In this document: positions 9,613 to 19,263 of the stretch, one piece after another
How the letters are laid out: every line of letters starts with the position of its first letter
Position numbering within the stretch: the first letter of the stretch is position 1
Assembly (NCBI GenBank): GCA_045545935.1
Contig: JAZQBV010000005.1
Coordinates: 160,112-224,111, forward strand
DNA length: 64,000 bases
DNA from: Ruminococcus sp.
GTDB taxonomy: Bacteria > Bacillota > Clostridia > Oscillospirales > Acutalibacteraceae
Direction of reading: 5' to 3'
Notes under the pieces: model-generated
What the model was told of the DNA's origin: nothing
The model's input: the letters and a program-made list of their open reading frames with translations, nothing else
Database searches by the model: none
Position numbers and translations under genes: made by a program

Positions 9613-10381
9613 TTTCTTGTCCGTCCCTTGAGATTTCTAATATCCATTGTCCTGACCTGCACACAGCCTGTGTGTAGTAGGGCAGTATATAAATAACAGG
9701 CAACGCTGTTGTACATAGTGCAAACCATAGAATATATGATGTGTATAGCTTGATAGGAGCACTTTTGTAGTTTGTCATCATATTTTTCGAATTTATAAAG
9801 TAACTTTTTATCTTGTCTTCCTGATTGTTGCAGAACATTATTGTAGCCAAATAGTAGTTTGCGGATAGAGCTACTATTATCAGCAAAGACAACAGCACAA
9901 GAATAATCATTGTTATCAGAAATAATGCGCTGTTCATCGTAGAGTCAAGCAAAAACTCGTTGATAATTACAAGTGCGATTATCGGTATTGATGCAAACAC
10001 CAAAGGCAAAAACAAGCGTACAGCAAACGCAAAGCAAAACAAAAGGCTTTTGCGATATATCCTGCCACTTGAAAAGAAGTAGAACAAATCAGAGAGATCA
10101 TACTTTTGCACATTGTTTGTGTACATTTTTACAAAGCCGAGTATAACAGGACTTGTTAAAAATGTAATTACAACACCAAGTATGATAACACCTGTGAGTG
10201 ATATGCTGTATATTATATCGCCAAGCTTTTGCATATCAAGTACTGTTATCAGCAGATAAAAGATGTTTTCGATAAGCATATAGAAGAACATCAATATAGC
10301 TACAGAGAACACAGCCTTTGCAAGTCCTTTGTCTTTGAGTTGATTTTTTGCTTGTTGCTTTATGATTTTTTCAGCAGTCAT
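9599..10381 (-). CDS. Hypothetical multi-pass membrane protein (possibly DUF975-like)
   Basis: 260 aa with about five hydrophobic segments; overlaps the GT2 start; family guess from overall pattern only. Confidence 0.6.
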   Translation of the reverse strand: MTAEKIIKQQAKNQLKDKGLAKAVFSVAILMFFYMLIENIFYLLITVLDMQKLGDIIYSISLTGVIILGVVITFLTSPVILGFVKMYTNNVQKYDLSDLFYFFSSGRIYRKSLLFCFAFAVRLFLPLVFASIPIIALVIINEFLLDSTMNSALFLITMIILVLLSLLIIVALSANYYLATIMFCNNQEDKIKSYFINSKNMMTNYKSAPIKLYTSYILWFALCTTALPVIYILPYYTQAVCRSGQWILEISRDGQENELF

Positions 10382-10403
10382 AAATTGATAGACCTTTCAC
10401 AGC

Positions 10404-11762
10404 TTAGTCGGCAGTATACATTCTGTACATAGCTTCAAGACAAATCTGAGCGTGCTTGAAGAATTTTTCAACATTGATGCACTCGTTAGCGTTGTGGATG
10501 TTTGATACTTCGCCCTTGAACACAGGTCCAAAAGCAACACCCTTGCCACCTAAAACTCTTGCATATGTACCACCGCCTGTAGAGTACAGGTCAGGCTTTT
10601 CGTTCATTATATCTTCGTATGATGCAGACAGTAGCTTGATTATCTCGCTGTCTTCGCTTAAGTTAAGCGGAGGTGAGTGCTTGAGCACTTTGACATGTAG
10701 ATTTTCGTTAGATGCTGCACGCTTTACAAGCTCAAGTACATTGTCACCGTTAATTGTAGCAGGGTAGCGGATATCGAGTGTACAGGTTGCATAGCCCTCG
10801 TCAATGTGTACTGTGCCGACATTAACGGACAGAGCACCTGATGCCGAGTCTCTCATCTTAAGTCCCATCTTGATACCTGTTGTATCAAGTCCTATACACG
10901 ATTCGATAAATGAGCAAATACTGCCAAGAGAAGGTAGAGAGAAGTTTGATGTGAGCAAGTCAATGAGAGCTACTGCGGCATTGTGACCGTTTTCGGGCTC
11001 GCATGCGTGAGCGGCTTTGCCACGGCTTAGCACCATCATACCGTCTATTGTATAGTAAAATTCAAAGTTTCCTTTTTTAGCATCAGCAAGTCTAAGTAGC
11101 TGATGGTCTTCGTTCTCTGTACAGTCAAGCAGAGCATACGCCGTGTCGGGTACAGCGTTTACAGCCTTACCAGAGTGTAGCTGAGTCAGAGTAGTGCCTG
11201 TGTGAGTGTCTGCGTATAGTTCAAGCTGAAGTATACCTTTCTCGCTTTTACAGATGCCGTATCTGCTATCAGGAGTGAACGACATATCAGGTATAGGCTC
11301 GTTCTCAAAGTAAACCTCCATGTCTTTCATAGTTGTTTCTTCGCAGGTGCCGTAAATCGCACGCAGAGTGTTTTTGCCGACAACACCGTTATCTTTGAGC
11401 GCCTTGAGGCAGTATAGGTTGATAAGTGCGGCACCCTTATCGTCAGCAATACCTCTGCCGTACATATATCCATCGCCGACAGATAACTCAAACGGCAGCG
11501 AGTTCCAGTTGTTACCCTCCGGTACTGTGTCAAGGTGAGATAGCACACCACAGAGCTTGCCACCATCACCAAGCTGTGCGTGACCGGCAAGACCCTCATA
11601 TGATTTTGTCTCAAGACCAAAGCTCTCGGCCTTGTTTAGCATCCACTCAAGAGCCTGTGTGCAGCCGTCTTGAAAACCTGATATCGACTGGATTGCAATC
11701 AGCTCAGATAAGTCAGATATAATATCCTCTTTATATTCTAAAATTTTCTCGCCAAAACTCAT
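10404..11762 (-). CDS. M20 family Mn/Zn dipeptidase (PepV/Sapep-like)
   Basis: SHLDTV, GRGIADDKG, CEET and IHNANE metal-binding motifs; start chosen from GGAGG spacing. Confidence 0.88.
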   Translation of the reverse strand: MSFGEKILEYKEDIISDLSELIAIQSISGFQDGCTQALEWMLNKAESFGLETKSYEGLAGHAQLGDGGKLCGVLSHLDTVPEGNNWNSLPFELSVGDGYMYGRGIADDKGAALINLYCLKALKDNGVVGKNTLRAIYGTCEETTMKDMEVYFENEPIPDMSFTPDSRYGICKSEKGILQLELYADTHTGTTLTQLHSGKAVNAVPDTAYALLDCTENEDHQLLRLADAKKGNFEFYYTIDGMMVLSRGKAAHACEPENGHNAAVALIDLLTSNFSLPSLGSICSFIESCIGLDTTGIKMGLKMRDSASGALSVNVGTVHIDEGYATCTLDIRYPATINGDNVLELVKRAASNENLHVKVLKHSPPLNLSEDSEIIKLLSASYEDIMNEKPDLYSTGGGTYARVLGGKGVAFGPVFKGEVSNIHNANECINVEKFFKHAQICLEAMYRMYTAD

Positions 11763-11811
11763 ACATGGCACCTCCGATATAGTATAAGTTAAGAAGCATT
11801 GCTTCAGAGTA

Positions 11812-14301
11812 TTACTTTTTTATTCTGTAGATTTTTCTGTATTTTTTCTCAGCCATAAAGCCTTTTGAAATTACAAGATATATAGCAAAGGCTAAAAATC
11901 CTATACAGCTTATTATAATACCCGTTTTAAGTCCGGGTGTTGTGTATACAAACTCTATCTCGCTTGTGCTGTGGGCATCAACTTTTACAGCCATAAAGCC
12001 TATGTTGACTTTTTCTATTTCAACCTTTTGTCCGTTTACAAAAGCCTCGAAGCCTTCATCATACGGTACAGAGAAGAACAGTAGATTGTCGTCACCTTTG
12101 TTTTCACAGGTAGCTCTGAATCCGTTTTTTGTGTATTCAAAGCTACTGCACGAGGTAGACGCTCTGTTTTCGCAGTCGCTGTAGTAGTCGTTATATTTAT
12201 ATGAGTAAGTGCTTGTTTTGCTTTCAAAGTTTTTGTAAATTGGATATACGAGGTTTTGCAGATTGTCCTCTGTATAGTCAGCATTAAGTCCGATGTACAT
12301 ACCGTTTGTATATCCTGTTATGTCACAGTACTTTTTCATCTGGTCCTGACTTAGCACCATAGCTTTCATCAGTACAAGGTGTTTTACTTCGTCAGACAGA
12401 TTGTTGTATTCTTCTTTACAGATGAAGTCGTCATACATAAAGCCCATCGGCACGTAGTACTCATTTTCGTATATATCAAAGCCGTTTTGGGTGTCGATAT
12501 ATTTGTATCCGGGCATCTTGGTGTTCTTAAAGTCAAGCTCTTGAGAGAAGTCATCGCCGTCACTCGCACAGTCAAACAGATATTTGACAGAGAGCAGACC
12601 CCTGACCCCGTAGTACTCGCACTCAGGTCGGGATGCAACGTCTCTCACACTGCCTATACTGTTGTAGAAGTCCATAGTCGATGCAGGTACAATGCTGTGG
12701 AACGCCTGAATATTCGGGATTTGCCAGAACATACCGATGTTATCCATCGAGTTGTAAAAGTCAGATCTTACATCATCTATGTCGGAAATCGTTATATCTT
12801 CGCCAAAGTTGAGTGCGTGCTTTATAGTGAATTCATCGCTCTCATCGGCTTCTGATTTGCCCGTAAAGAGTATATACTCGCTGTAGCCGATTATAACTAC
12901 ACATAGAGAGATAGCAGTAAGTCTTACAAAAAGCTCTTTTTTGTTTTTGGCGTATTTAATAATTAAAAAGCCAAGTACAAGAGATACAAGTGAAATGCCT
13001 ACATATATCCAAAATCTGTCAGGAAACTGTTCGAGTCCTACTCTGTACACTGTGGTGTCGCCGATGTCATAGGTTTTTCTTGGCATCAGACCAACTGATA
13101 CAGTTAGAATAATCGTGAAGAAAGCACACCATTTGTAAGCTCTGACATAGTCTGTCTGTGTTATGTTATCAAGTGATATCACCGTACATAGTATGAATAT
13201 CAACTCGAGCATATAGAACCAACGAGCATAGTAGCAGTCGTTAAACGCCTGATACATAGAGTTCAGTATCGGCACAAATGCCATGACAAGCAGTATTACA
13301 GTAAGACGCTTAAGCCATGATTTGCTGTGAGATATCAGATATCCTATCACAAAGGTGACAGAGAACATCGGAACCCATAGCGCTATAGATGCCCAGTTAG
13401 AGTTAGAGTCAGGTGTGAAGTTTGCCCTCGCAGGTATATCAGGAGGGAAGAACATGCTCTCTATAATATGAAGATATCGTTGTGGTGTATCGTACAGCAG
13501 AGCGTCATATCCTACCAAAAAGTCGTTTAACCTGCTGTTTGAGATAATACCGCCAAGCGATGGTATCAGCACACAACACGCCATACAGACACCGACTATG
13601 CACTCAAACGCCATCAGCAAAAAGTGATTAAAGCTTATCTTGAAAGACTTCGATGAGAAAAGTCTGACAAAAAAGTATATAGCCACAAAAACAACCTGAC
13701 CAAAGAAAAAGTAGTAGTTCAGCACACAAGCGCCAAAGACAGCAAGCGCTAATACACCTTTTCTCTTTGTATATATGAATTCATCCACCGCAGACAGTAG
13801 TAGCGGAAAGATGATCATAGCCTCATGAAAGTGAAAGAAAAACACATTGTACAGCGAAAAGCCTGAGAATGCATACATCAGTCCACCAAGGACAGCATAT
13901 CGCTTGTCGCTTACATATCTTCTCAGATACACATAACCGCTGAGTGTACAAAACGCAAGCTTGAGTATCAGTAGCGGTCCCATCAGATAGGGGACAACAG
14001 CGGTATCAAATAACAGAGTAATAAGAAAGAAAGGGCTTGTCAGTACATAAAAGGTATAACTGCCTACAAAGTTAGCGCCCAAATCGGTTATGTGACTCCA
14101 GCTTGTGTTACCGCTTAGTATGCTGTCGTGAGCGAGTGTGTAAAACGGTATTTGCTGTACATTGAAGTCACCATAATACAGAAAGTACCCCTGTCCCTTA
14201 ATAATAACAGGCAAAACTACAGCAAGTGCTACGAGTAGTCCGTACAAAAAAGCACGCAATGCATAATTTTTACTTTTTTGATGGTGATTTTTTAGCGTCA
14301 C
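11812..14301 (-). CDS. YfhO-family GT-C membrane glycosyltransferase
   Basis: 829 aa; GDFNVQQIPFY N-terminal motif, many TM helices, large external loop, C-terminal FFSVPYDEGF...VNG...GFMAV domain. Confidence 0.85.
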   Translation of the reverse strand: MTLKNHHQKSKNYALRAFLYGLLVALAVVLPVIIKGQGYFLYYGDFNVQQIPFYTLAHDSILSGNTSWSHITDLGANFVGSYTFYVLTSPFFLITLLFDTAVVPYLMGPLLILKLAFCTLSGYVYLRRYVSDKRYAVLGGLMYAFSGFSLYNVFFFHFHEAMIIFPLLLSAVDEFIYTKRKGVLALAVFGACVLNYYFFFGQVVFVAIYFFVRLFSSKSFKISFNHFLLMAFECIVGVCMACCVLIPSLGGIISNSRLNDFLVGYDALLYDTPQRYLHIIESMFFPPDIPARANFTPDSNSNWASIALWVPMFSVTFVIGYLISHSKSWLKRLTVILLVMAFVPILNSMYQAFNDCYYARWFYMLELIFILCTVISLDNITQTDYVRAYKWCAFFTIILTVSVGLMPRKTYDIGDTTVYRVGLEQFPDRFWIYVGISLVSLVLGFLIIKYAKNKKELFVRLTAISLCVVIIGYSEYILFTGKSEADESDEFTIKHALNFGEDITISDIDDVRSDFYNSMDNIGMFWQIPNIQAFHSIVPASTMDFYNSIGSVRDVASRPECEYYGVRGLLSVKYLFDCASDGDDFSQELDFKNTKMPGYKYIDTQNGFDIYENEYYVPMGFMYDDFICKEEYNNLSDEVKHLVLMKAMVLSQDQMKKYCDITGYTNGMYIGLNADYTEDNLQNLVYPIYKNFESKTSTYSYKYNDYYSDCENRASTSCSSFEYTKNGFRATCENKGDDNLLFFSVPYDEGFEAFVNGQKVEIEKVNIGFMAVKVDAHSTSEIEFVYTTPGLKTGIIISCIGFLAFAIYLVISKGFMAEKKYRKIYRIKK

Positions 14302-14456
14302 TGTGCCTGCTCCTTGTTATTTTAAAAATAGGTCTTTCAAAGTTCTTTATAATATGTTATATTATAACTAATATAGTATATCATATAAATTATCAAATTG
14401 CACTATAAATTTTTACATTATTATTGTATTTTTAATCTTTTTATTTGGAGGATATT

Positions 14457-15038
14457 ATGAATAGTCATTTTTTTGCAGTTATGTCAAGAATGAAGTACAT
14501 AAATCGCTGGGGACTGATGAACAATACAAAGACCGAGAATATCTGTGAGCACAGCCTGTGCGTTGCTATGCTCAGCCATGCGTTAGTACTTATCAGTAAC
14601 AAGCGCTTTTCTACTTCTCTAAATGCTGAACACGCTGCCGTGCTCGCTATGTATCACGATGCGTCTGAGATTATCACAGGCGATATGCCTACTCCTATCA
14701 AATACTATAATCCCAAGATATCAGAGGCTTACAAGCAGGTTGAGCATATAGCTGAGGAGAAGTTAGTGTCCATGCTACCTGATTATCTTACTGACAGCTT
14801 CAGTGGTTTGTTGACTATAACTGAACAAGATAGCGAGTATATCCCGTATATCAAAGCGGCAGATAAACTATCGGCACTTATCAAGTGCATAGAAGAAGAG
14901 AAGATGGGCAACAAGGAATTTTCAAAGGCATATAATTCTATAGAACAGGCGCTTGTTGATATGCACCTACCGGCTCTTGATGTATTTATGAGCGAGTTTT
15001 TGCCGTCTTATTGGTTAACTCTTGACGAGCAGGACTGA
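14457..15038 (+). CDS. yfbR: 5'-deoxynucleotidase (YfbR-like HD hydrolase)
   Basis: RMKYINRWGLM...ENICEHS, YHDASEIITGDMPTPIKY, ADKLSA; GGAGG RBS before ATG 14457. Confidence 0.88.
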   Translation: MNSHFFAVMSRMKYINRWGLMNNTKTENICEHSLCVAMLSHALVLISNKRFSTSLNAEHAAVLAMYHDASEIITGDMPTPIKYYNPKISEAYKQVEHIAEEKLVSMLPDYLTDSFSGLLTITEQDSEYIPYIKAADKLSALIKCIEEEKMGNKEFSKAYNSIEQALVDMHLPALDVFMSEFLPSYWLTLDEQD

Positions 15039-15230
15039 TTTTGATAGTTATTAATCACAATATATACGCTGAATTTTGATGATTTTCACAACAACTTGTG
15101 AATTTTTCATGAAATTTGGCGTATTTTTCTTTGTTAGAAAATAAAACCATTTAAAAGATGTATAATATAGTAGATTTATTATGTATAATTATGTTTATAC
15201 AATTTACTCAGGCGGAAAGGGCGGTATGGT

Positions 15231-16376
15231 ATGGCAAATCACGATAACGATTTTGTTGATATTAATTCCTCAAGCCAAGTTAATAATGTCTACAAGAAGA
15301 AAAACTCAAAGGGCAGAATCACCCGAACCGTATCACTTGTATTGTCAATAATTATGTTGTTGAGTGGTACCGGCTTGGTTGCATATTATTCTGTGCTTGA
15401 TAGTTTTAATTATCAGGAGATAGACCCTCAGACACCTACTGAGAGCGTGCAAAAACCTGATGATACTCAGATAGACGATTCACTCATTACCGATGACAGC
15501 GTGCTCAATATTCTGCTATTCGGACAGGATGCACACGGTAGCGGAGAGTCTGACCCATATGGTCGAAGCGATACCATCATATTGCTCTCTCTTGATACAA
15601 AGCATCAGAAAATCAAGATGACTTCTTTTCAGCGTGATACCTATGTTACTGTACCGGGCTATGGCGATGGCAAGTTAAACTCTGCATTCAGCTTAGGCGG
15701 AGTACCACTGTCTGTCGAGATGATTCAAGCCAACTTTGGTATACAGGTTGACAAGTACGCTTGTGTTGACTTTGATTCTTTCAGAGCTATTATCGAGGCT
15801 TTGGGCGGTATTGATATGGAGCTCTCACTTGAAGAGTGCGAGTATATCAATGCGCAGATAGACGTTAACAATCAGGAGAAGGTTACAGATTTTGTCGAAT
15901 ATGACCCATATGAAGAGACACAGATAGTTCACCTAAACGGCTATCAGGCTTTGTGGTATGCTCGTAACCGTGGTGCTGATGCACTCGGTGGTGTATCTGA
16001 TTACAGCTTCTCGGGCGATGACTGGGACAGAACCGAGCGTCAGCGTAAGCTGTTGTCTACTATCATGACAACACTCAAAGAAGAGGCATCACTCACCGAT
16101 ATTGTAGAGATAGTAAATGCTGTAGGTCCACTTGTTACAACTAACCTCAAGAAGAGCGACATTACCTTCCTTGTATCAAAGTCACTCACATTTTTGAGTT
16201 ACGACATTCAGCAGTTGTCTGTTCCTACAGAAGGTACCTGGCAGTACGCTAAAACTGACGATTTGCAGTCTGTTATTCTTATCACAGACTGGGATAAGGC
16301 TCGATATGACCTTGCATCCTTTATTTATGAGGAGTCTGTAGTAGGCTCTACACTTCCTGAGACTACTCAGTATTAA
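15231..16376 (+). CDS. LCP (LytR-CpsA-Psr) family phosphotransferase
   Basis: N-terminal TM helix; GRSDTIILL, SFQRDTYV, KLNSAF and DWDRTERQR motifs. Confidence 0.92.
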   Translation: MANHDNDFVDINSSSQVNNVYKKKNSKGRITRTVSLVLSIIMLLSGTGLVAYYSVLDSFNYQEIDPQTPTESVQKPDDTQIDDSLITDDSVLNILLFGQDAHGSGESDPYGRSDTIILLSLDTKHQKIKMTSFQRDTYVTVPGYGDGKLNSAFSLGGVPLSVEMIQANFGIQVDKYACVDFDSFRAIIEALGGIDMELSLEECEYINAQIDVNNQEKVTDFVEYDPYEETQIVHLNGYQALWYARNRGADALGGVSDYSFSGDDWDRTERQRKLLSTIMTTLKEEASLTDIVEIVNAVGPLVTTNLKKSDITFLVSKSLTFLSYDIQQLSVPTEGTWQYAKTDDLQSVILITDWDKARYDLASFIYEESVVGSTLPETTQY

Positions 16377-16388
16377 TGCTATATAAAC

Positions 16389-16420
16389 AAAACCGCTGTG
16401 ATTTCACAGCGGTTTTTCTT
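16389..16420. terminator. Bidirectional intrinsic terminator
   Basis: AAAACCGCTGTG/CACAGCGGTTTT inverted repeat between convergent genes. Confidence 0.85.
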
Positions 16421-16427
16421 TTGCTTA

Positions 16428-18059
16428 TTATATTATTTTTTCGAAGCGTCTTAGCTTTTTGCCGTCTCTTTCAATAATCTCATTGAACATATCATATGGT
16501 CTGACCCATATTTCTTTGTCACCGTACAGAGCTCTGTAGATTACCATATTCTCCTGAGTCTCGCTGTTTTTTGCAAAGCCCAGCACTTCGTATTCGTTGC
16601 CTTTAAAGTGTCTGTATCTGCCAAGAGTTATCTCTTCGGATTTTAGCTCTGTTGCTGTGATTTCTCGCTTTTCTATCGGCTTTTTTTCAGTTCTTTCACA
16701 ACTAAAATCAATTTCAAAACTACCGTCATTTGCAACAAGTATCATAGCACTTTTGGGCATCACATCAATGCTTATATAGCCGTTGCAGTTGTACTTTTTG
16801 TTTGAGTTTAGCACATCTGTCAGTACACCGCAGAACTTACTGTCAAAGCCGATGCTTTTTGTATCGTTGCTTTGATTCAGTAGCACAAAGACCGTCTGCT
16901 CGTCACTTCTTAGCGAGTAGCATAGCTGTTCGAGCTGGATGTTCTCATTAGTGTATTTGCCATACTGTAGAGCGTGCAGAGAGTGCTTTAGTTTTGAGAG
17001 CTTTGTAATGTGTTCAAGAAGCTCGTAGTTTGGGTTGTCTATACTGTCAAGGTTAAGCTGTGGACGCAGGTCATAGTCACAGCTTTTTGTTCTTGTGCCT
17101 TTTATTCCGAATTCACTTCCGTAGTAAATAGACGGAGCTCCCGGCATAGTGAACATCAGCGTGTATGTGTTTTTGAGCAGGGCTTCATCATTTAACAGGC
17201 TTGCAACTCTATTGACATCGTGGTTGTCAACAAAGTTGTACATGTAGATGTTCTTATAAATTCCGTATGGACCAACCTGTCTTTCCATTGAGTGAGCAAA
17301 CTCAAAGTAGTTGTGGTCATTGTGGCACGAGTACAGAGCCTTGAATACCTCGTAGTTTGTTACAGAGTCAAGCGTCTCGTTGTTTGCCCATCTGTTGTAG
17401 TCGCCATTGGTTATCTCACCATATAGCCAAAAATCAGGCTTTTTGTCCTTGCATATTCTTTTGAGCTTTTTGAAGAACTCGAGGTCTACACAGTCGGCAG
17501 CATCGAGCCTGAGTCCATCAATATCAAACTCATCTATCCAGAATTTCACAGCATCAAGCAGGTGATTTGTTACATCTTCGTTTTGGAGATTGAGCTTTAC
17601 AAGGTCATAGTGACCTGCCCATCCCTCGTATGAGAAGTTGTCGCCCTTGGGACTTTGGCGGTCAAATCTTATGTTGTGAAACCAACCGCAATATTTTGAT
17701 GCAGAGCCGTTTTTCTGCACATCAGTAAACGCAAAAAACTCTCTGCCAACATGGTTGAATACACCGTCAAGCAATACTCTGATGCCATTTTTGTGCAGGG
17801 TGTCACAGATTTTTCTGAACGATTCGTTATCGCCCAGTCGGCAGTCGATTTTGTAGTAATCTATAGTGTCATAGCCATGGCGTGAGCTTTCAAAAACAGG
17901 GTTGAAAACTACAGCGTTTATACCGAGCTTTTTGAAGTGCTCTATAAAGTCATACATCTTGTCGAGCCTGTAGGTCTGTTTTCTGTCGTTTTCTTTAGGC
18001 GCACCACAAAACCCAAGAGGGTATATGTTGTAGAATACAGTGTTGTTAATCCAATTCAT
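16428..18059 (-). CDS. Cytoplasmic GH13 alpha-amylase/neopullulanase-like enzyme with C-terminal DUF1653 domain
   Basis: HGYDTIDY, DGVFNH, GLRLDAAD, YGEI and VDNHD motifs; C-terminus GRYRHFKGNEYEVLGFAKNSET...WVRPYDMF is typical of DUF1653; AAGGAG RBS before ATG 18059. Confidence 0.88.
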   Translation of the reverse strand: MNWINNTVFYNIYPLGFCGAPKENDRKQTYRLDKMYDFIEHFKKLGINAVVFNPVFESSRHGYDTIDYYKIDCRLGDNESFRKICDTLHKNGIRVLLDGVFNHVGREFFAFTDVQKNGSASKYCGWFHNIRFDRQSPKGDNFSYEGWAGHYDLVKLNLQNEDVTNHLLDAVKFWIDEFDIDGLRLDAADCVDLEFFKKLKRICKDKKPDFWLYGEITNGDYNRWANNETLDSVTNYEVFKALYSCHNDHNYFEFAHSMERQVGPYGIYKNIYMYNFVDNHDVNRVASLLNDEALLKNTYTLMFTMPGAPSIYYGSEFGIKGTRTKSCDYDLRPQLNLDSIDNPNYELLEHITKLSKLKHSLHALQYGKYTNENIQLEQLCYSLRSDEQTVFVLLNQSNDTKSIGFDSKFCGVLTDVLNSNKKYNCNGYISIDVMPKSAMILVANDGSFEIDFSCERTEKKPIEKREITATELKSEEITLGRYRHFKGNEYEVLGFAKNSETQENMVIYRALYGDKEIWVRPYDMFNEIIERDGKKLRRFEKII

Positions 18060-18178
18060 AATATTCTCCTTTTCATTGTTTAAGTATACTGATTTTTGTT
18101 TTTGTGTCAAATTAAAGTGTTGAATAATTTGTATATATGTGATACAATGACTGTAAATTTTTATGGTCGAGGCGTATT

Positions 18179-18631
18179 ATGAGAAACTCTAACAAAGCTA
18201 ATACTTACATTGAGCCAAAAGGAGAGAAAGCTCTGCGTATATTTGTAGCTATATTATATTTTATACAGACCTTGTTTACTACCTTTCCTTTTATGAGAGG
18301 TGATGATGGCACAGGTACTATCAAAGAGCTGACAGCTTTTGAGTTAGCTATACAGCCTGAGGGTTATGCTACAACACAGGAGGTAAAGATAGCACTTGTC
18401 TTTGCTTTGCTTATATTGTTGCCTGTTGTATGTTTTTTCTTTTATATTCTTGATAAATCGAACATCAAGGGTATGGTGAGCTTTGCAACTTGTGTAATCA
18501 ACGTAGCCGTCATTACATTTACAGTAGGAGGAGCTATCGCTATAGGTGCGGTGCTGACATTACTTTTTTATGTTTTGATTATGTTTTTGACTGTACAGGG
18601 TATGCTTGTTCACGCAAAAAATACAATGTGA
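18179..18631 (+). CDS. Hypothetical membrane protein (4 TM)
   Basis: 150 aa ORF with four hydrophobic segments; own promoter-like TTGAAT-17-TACAAT and a downstream hairpin. Confidence 0.7.
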   Translation: MRNSNKANTYIEPKGEKALRIFVAILYFIQTLFTTFPFMRGDDGTGTIKELTAFELAIQPEGYATTQEVKIALVFALLILLPVVCFFFYILDKSNIKGMVSFATCVINVAVITFTVGGAIAIGAVLTLLFYVLIMFLTVQGMLVHAKNTM

Positions 18632-18710
18632 TACATCATTAAGGCGTCCTTTTGGGGCGCTTTTTTTGCATAAAAACAGCGTTTTATTCATACATTTAAT
18701 CGGTGATTAT

Positions 18711-19064
18711 ATGAGAAAGCTCATCTGTTTTGTTGTGATAATTATAGTGGCTTTTACACTTTGCTCTTGTGCACCTGTTATTAACGATTGCGCTCAAGAG
18801 CTTATCAACAGTAGCTATGGCACAACATTTGATAACGGAAACTCTCTGTCGCTTTCTTTTTCTAAATACAACGCAACAATGAAAATAAAGTCAGAGGATA
18901 ACACCGTCACACTACACGGCTTGTGCGAAATTTCTGACGGTATTTTTGTCATACACGACACAAAAACTCTCTCAAGCTACGGTTTTGAATACATAGTATA
19001 TTCTGATAGTGTAGACATCACTTATGCAGATAGCACAATTAATCTCAAGAAAAAAGCAGATTAA
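18711..19064 (+). CDS. Hypothetical lipoprotein
   Basis: MRKLICFVVIIIVAFTLCSC signal peptide with lipobox-like Cys. Confidence 0.65.
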   Translation: MRKLICFVVIIIVAFTLCSCAPVINDCAQELINSSYGTTFDNGNSLSLSFSKYNATMKIKSEDNTVTLHGLCEISDGIFVIHDTKTLSSYGFEYIVYSDSVDITYADSTINLKKKAD

Positions 19065-19096
19065 CTATATTTTGTGTTGTTTTTCTTTTGTACTTG

Positions 19097-19125
19097 TTGA
19101 CAAATACAAGATGTTACTGTATCAT
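19097..19125 (+). promoter_or_regulatory. SigA promoter of the ZTP riboswitch-pflBA unit
   Basis: TTGACA-17-TATCAT about 10 nt before the aptamer. Confidence 0.7.
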
Positions 19126-19135
19126 AATCGTAGAA

Positions 19136-19208
19136 GCTGACACAACTGACGGTTTTCGCAGAGCACTGCGGGGGAGTGTTAGCGCACATATAGCCGACCG
19201 TCTGGGCA
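19136..19208 (+). ncRNA. ZMP/ZTP (pfl) riboswitch
   Basis: GCTGACACAACTGACGG...GGGGAGTGTTAGC...GCCGACCGTCTGGGCA matches the pfl motif; directly upstream of pflB. Confidence 0.92.
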
Positions 19209-19242
19209 ATTCAGTTTTCTAAAAATTGAATTGTCCTTTTTT
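19204..19242 (+). terminator. Riboswitch-controlled terminator of the ZTP leader
   Basis: GGGCAATTCAG/TTGAATTGTCC stem plus T-run; the left arm overlaps the aptamer 3' end. Confidence 0.8.
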
Positions 19243-19263
19243 GTTTGTAAGGAGGTATATATT

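Noticed and set aside
12379-12855. Numerous 60-160 aa antisense ORFs inside long genes (example given)
   Set aside because: Expected shadow ORFs without RBS or motifs.
15085-15113. Rex-like half-sites (TTCACAA, TTGTGAA) upstream of the LCP gene
   Set aside because: The half-sites are in inside-out orientation or have the wrong spacing for TTGTGAA-N4-TTCACAA.
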